Source: Eledone cirrhosa
Lineage: Eukaryota
Reading direction: 5' to 3'
DNA: 64,000 nt
NCBI GenBank assembly: GCA_964016885.1
Contig: OZ024746.1
Location: 33,666,001-33,730,000, forward strand
This document shows positions 60,516-64,000 of this stretch, one piece after another (the stretch's first letter is position 1; each line of letters starts with the position of its first letter). Made by a program: the position numbers and the translations under genes. The notes below the pieces were generated by a model, which was not told the origin of the DNA, did not search any database, and saw nothing but the letters and a program-made list of their open reading frames with translations.

Positions 60516-62137
60516 AGAGTTAGAACATTTGTTTTGTGAACAGATTGTATGTATAAGTATATTTGTGTATGTAGAGAATAGTTTTCTTTTTCTTTCTAAC
60601 ACCTTATTGAAAGCATCACTGTGTTCTAGTTTGGTCATTTCTGTTAAGGATTTTTAATATTTGCTTATTAGTGTGTAGTTTGGGACACTAATGTTCCGAA
60701 ATCTATTCATGCATTGACACCGTTCATAGACTCATCGTCAGAATCAGTATGGCCTTACAGCAGTGTGTATTAGCTGCTTGGCGTTGGTTGTAATATCTTA
60801 AATGAATATTAGGAAATTTTCGACGACTGATTGCCTAATTCTGCATTAATATAATTGCTATCAAGTATTTAGTACCTGTGTGTAAATAGTTGTGTTATAC
60901 TATGTTATTAATAAAGCTTCATACTGATAATTTCTCATCTTATATAGACTTCAATTTGCTTCTAATTTCTCATTCTGACATTTGTTATATTACTTCGTAT
61001 GGAGCGGAAATTTTCTATCAGCCTAAGGTATATTGATATTTATTTCACCTACCTTGCAAATACTATATAGTTTAATCATTCAGTTAATATAGTCTAATAC
61101 ATAGCTAAGCAACAGCTACTAAACTACAATATCACATAAAGGCATTCAATGGAAAATGTTGAGACATCTTGAAATAGCATCCAAGAAATATATTCAATCT
61201 TCAGCCTACTGTTTTAAAGAGGAAATATTATTTTTAAGTCGTTGTTAATTGTTGGGTATTATCTCTTCATTGGTTTCCTTCATTAAATTCGAGCTGAATC
61301 TAACTGACTGCAGCGAAATTTCGTGGAATATGTGATGCGTTTTCTCACCATCCTTCGAGAAACGCCTTCTCTATTTTGTCCGCCGGACAGCTCGTGGGCC
61401 CTCATTTTCTCATAATAGTGAAAGTTTTGTAGCGCGAGAGAGTGGATGGTGGAACAGTTGAGGTTTGGTTCCTTTGTATTATTTCCTACTATTCAATAGC
61501 CGCACTAAAGGGGTTAAAATGAAAATCTACTTTTATTTATGTCAACGGTACAACTTCACAGCCGTCTGCTTCAAAGTAAATTCCTCTTATAAAATATAAG
61601 TATGCTCGGCAATGTTGATAGTGAGGTATTTGTACAAGGCGGTGTATCCCCTTCTTCGGGCTAAATATTTACATCACATTTAAAAGAATAATACCGTATC
61701 TTTCCTCCATAACATTTATAGACTTCTATGGTTAGGTTGGCTTAGAGAATTTGGTATATATAATCGGTCATTTAAGAAATGCACTAGGAACTAATATTCA
61801 ACGGCAACTGTTGGGAGAGTCATTGCGTTAATCTATGAAGGGAAACTTGACTAGAATACTCAAAATATGGTTTCTATGAAGAGGTTTAATGGATAGAAAC
61901 CTTACGTGGTTGGGAACCATGCCTGTCAAGATTTTATTGAAATATTAGTAATTTTTGAAGTAGCAATTTGATACTGAATAATTATTAATTATCCATTTCA
62001 TTCCTCACATCATGTGATTAGCTGTTATTTATTCAGTCGATGATTCGAACTTACGATAATGAAATATTATAATTTTATCTGTGCAGCTATTCATTGTTAT
62101 TTTCTGGGTACTGGTATTTGTGAGGTAATGGATTGTA

Positions 62138-62320
62138 TTATAACACTAGTAGATATGAAATAGACCAGCAGGCAGCTAAAGATATTAAACCAGAAGGTAT
62201 ATAAAGGCTGATGTCCAAGGTTGAGACAGAGGTTATTTCACACAGTTGCTGGGGATTTAAAGGGGAGTCGAATGTATATGTAGCATCTAAAGGTGTCATT
62301 CTGACGGACATACCTGCGTG
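62138..62320 (-). CDS. Candidate terminal coding exon of a host gene with a hydrophobic C-terminus
   Basis: pyrimidine tract plus ttgcag acceptor at 62321; open frame HAGMSVRMTPLDATYTFDSPLNPQQLCEIT...GLISLAACWSISYLLVL*; no homology recognised. Confidence 0.35.
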   Translation of the reverse strand, partial: HAGMSVRMTPLDATYTFDSPLNPQQLCEITSVSTLDISLYIPSGLISLAACWSISYLLVL

Positions 62321-62959
62321 CTGCAATATATGTATGTATGTAAAAAGTAAACGAAGAAAGAGAAGGGAAGATTATTTAAAACATCTTTTTTTCATTTTAT
62401 CATTATTTTCTTTAATCCGATAGAGTAAGAGTTTTTCAAAAGAGGGGTGTTTATAAAATATTACCGGTTTCGATGAATAAATTCATCTTATCAAATGTTA
62501 AATTAAAATAATCTAAGATTAAATGTTGAAAAATTGGCAGTTGAAAAATGTATCTTCATTTCTATGTAATGAGAACATCTGGGATTTTCTTGAAGAATTA
62601 TTCATTATTCACTGTTATTTGTATAGGCGCGTTTGTGGGATTTCAACAGTGGATTCAAATTCTATTGAATTTCTTTTTTGAAAATGTTCTTTGTGTGAGT
62701 ATCTGGGTGTGTGTTTGTGTGTCTATAGTGTCACGTGAATGAATTGAAATCACCTATGCATACAAGATCTTAAATAATACGATTCATAATCCAAAATCTC
62801 GCTTTGCGTAGTTTACATTTGGAATTAATCAGGGATGTCTGGGGGGAAACTAATGTTCTTTCGAGTAGGTCACGCTAATATACTTTATCCAGGACGGGGA
62901 TAGATACATCTTCAAAGTACATATTGGCGGCAGTAATCGGATGAAATTATTAACTCTAG

Positions 62960-63146
62960 GGCGGAGGATTGGCAGTATTGGTTGAGGGTCGGACGCCATG
63001 TTTTGCAGCAAAAATTTACGGCCCTTTATGGTCGGAGTTCAAATCCCGCTGAGGTTAACTTTGCCTTTCATCCTTACGGGGTCGATAAAATAAAGTACCA
63101 GTAATACACTGGGATAATTGTTGGCCTTGTGCCAAACGTAGAAACA
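62960..63146 (+). mobile_element. Full-length tRNA-derived SINE with 14-bp TSD
   Basis: A box tggcagtattgg, B box gagttcaaatcc; same body as 32165 and 27800; TSD attattaactYtag. Confidence 0.9.
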
Positions 63147-63834
63147 ATTATTAACTTTAGTCACCCTCTCTCCTTACAATCTTCTCTTCTTTTGATCTCG
63201 TCCCATAAATTTTATATATTTCGCTACCCCCATTTCACTAAGCATGTAGCACATTCACGACTCTGGTAATTATCTTTGACAAATTACAGAATACTCTCTC
63301 CACATGTCGCCACTCCTATTTAGTTACTAATATATTAAGTTACTAATATATTCCATTGGTGACTTTAACCTTTTTGTTTACATCCTCTTTAATTTGTATC
63401 ATGTAATGTGCGCATCTATGTATATCTATATTTACTTATTTTAATTTTAGATTTACATGATTATTATCTGATAAATTTGTGAATAAGTTCTTAGAAGATG
63501 TCACTGCCTGCATGGTGGATTTACTATATAAGCGTGACCTAGTCTTTAAATTTCATCAGATCTTGCCTAGTTTTTTCTAGTATCCTTTTCACATTAAATG
63601 ATTCTCTCAAATTCTCCCTGTACCATACTCAATGGCACATCTCGTATGAAGTTACTTATGTTACACCAGTCAACCGTCAGCATTTAGCCTTTACGAAAAT
63701 ACGAATTACTCAAGATAAAACTGATACTCCTATGTCCTCTCATGTACACACATAAACACAATCTCCCACACACACACACACATACGCACACAGACAAACA
63801 CACACACACACACACACACACACGCGCACAACAT

Positions 63835-63868
<34 letters not shown>

Positions 63869-64000
63869 TTGTATTTGATTTGCAGGATTTCTTATCTGAA
63901 AACGTGTGGTGAAACATATATTGTTATACATTAGGAGGGTCATGCTTCCAATAAAGAAAATACACGCATATGTTGATTTTCACTTCAATCTATTTTAAAT

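Noticed and set aside
62960-63060. tRNA gene
   Set aside because: A/B boxes are present but there is no cloverleaf; it is the head of a multi-copy SINE with a TSD.

Overview
AT-rich eukaryotic intergenic/intronic DNA, most likely from an octopod cephalopod. This is inferred from recalled octopus-type tRNA SINE and RTE-tail sequences and was not database-checked. Nearly all short ORFs in the supplied track are artefacts of (TA)n/(CA)n/(GA)n microsatellites. The real content is retroelements: (i) a 5'-truncated Penelope-like element (PLE; Naiad-like RT + GIY-YIG) at 52593-56547 with an inverted pseudo-LTR; (ii) two further PLE GIY-YIG fragments; (iii) a decayed, near full-length L1/Tx1-type LINE (about 42.5-47.9 kb) and a second fragment; (iv) an R4/Dong-type RLE 3' end; (v) SINEs and a tiny Tc1/mariner MITE. 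The standout feature is a dense population of short fold-back PLE-end insertions lodged inside microsatellites. They come from a dozen or more sequence-distinct families and carry about 20 type I hammerhead ribozyme motifs (hand-folded), including U3-A8 and C4 core variants and very long stem II forms. They share one architecture: an inverted arm starting at a fixed point, a ribozyme often followed by AATAAA, and an unpaired tail that usually contains a GAGTRCT-like motif. Host coding exons are only weakly suggested near the right end. All folds and alignments were done by eye.
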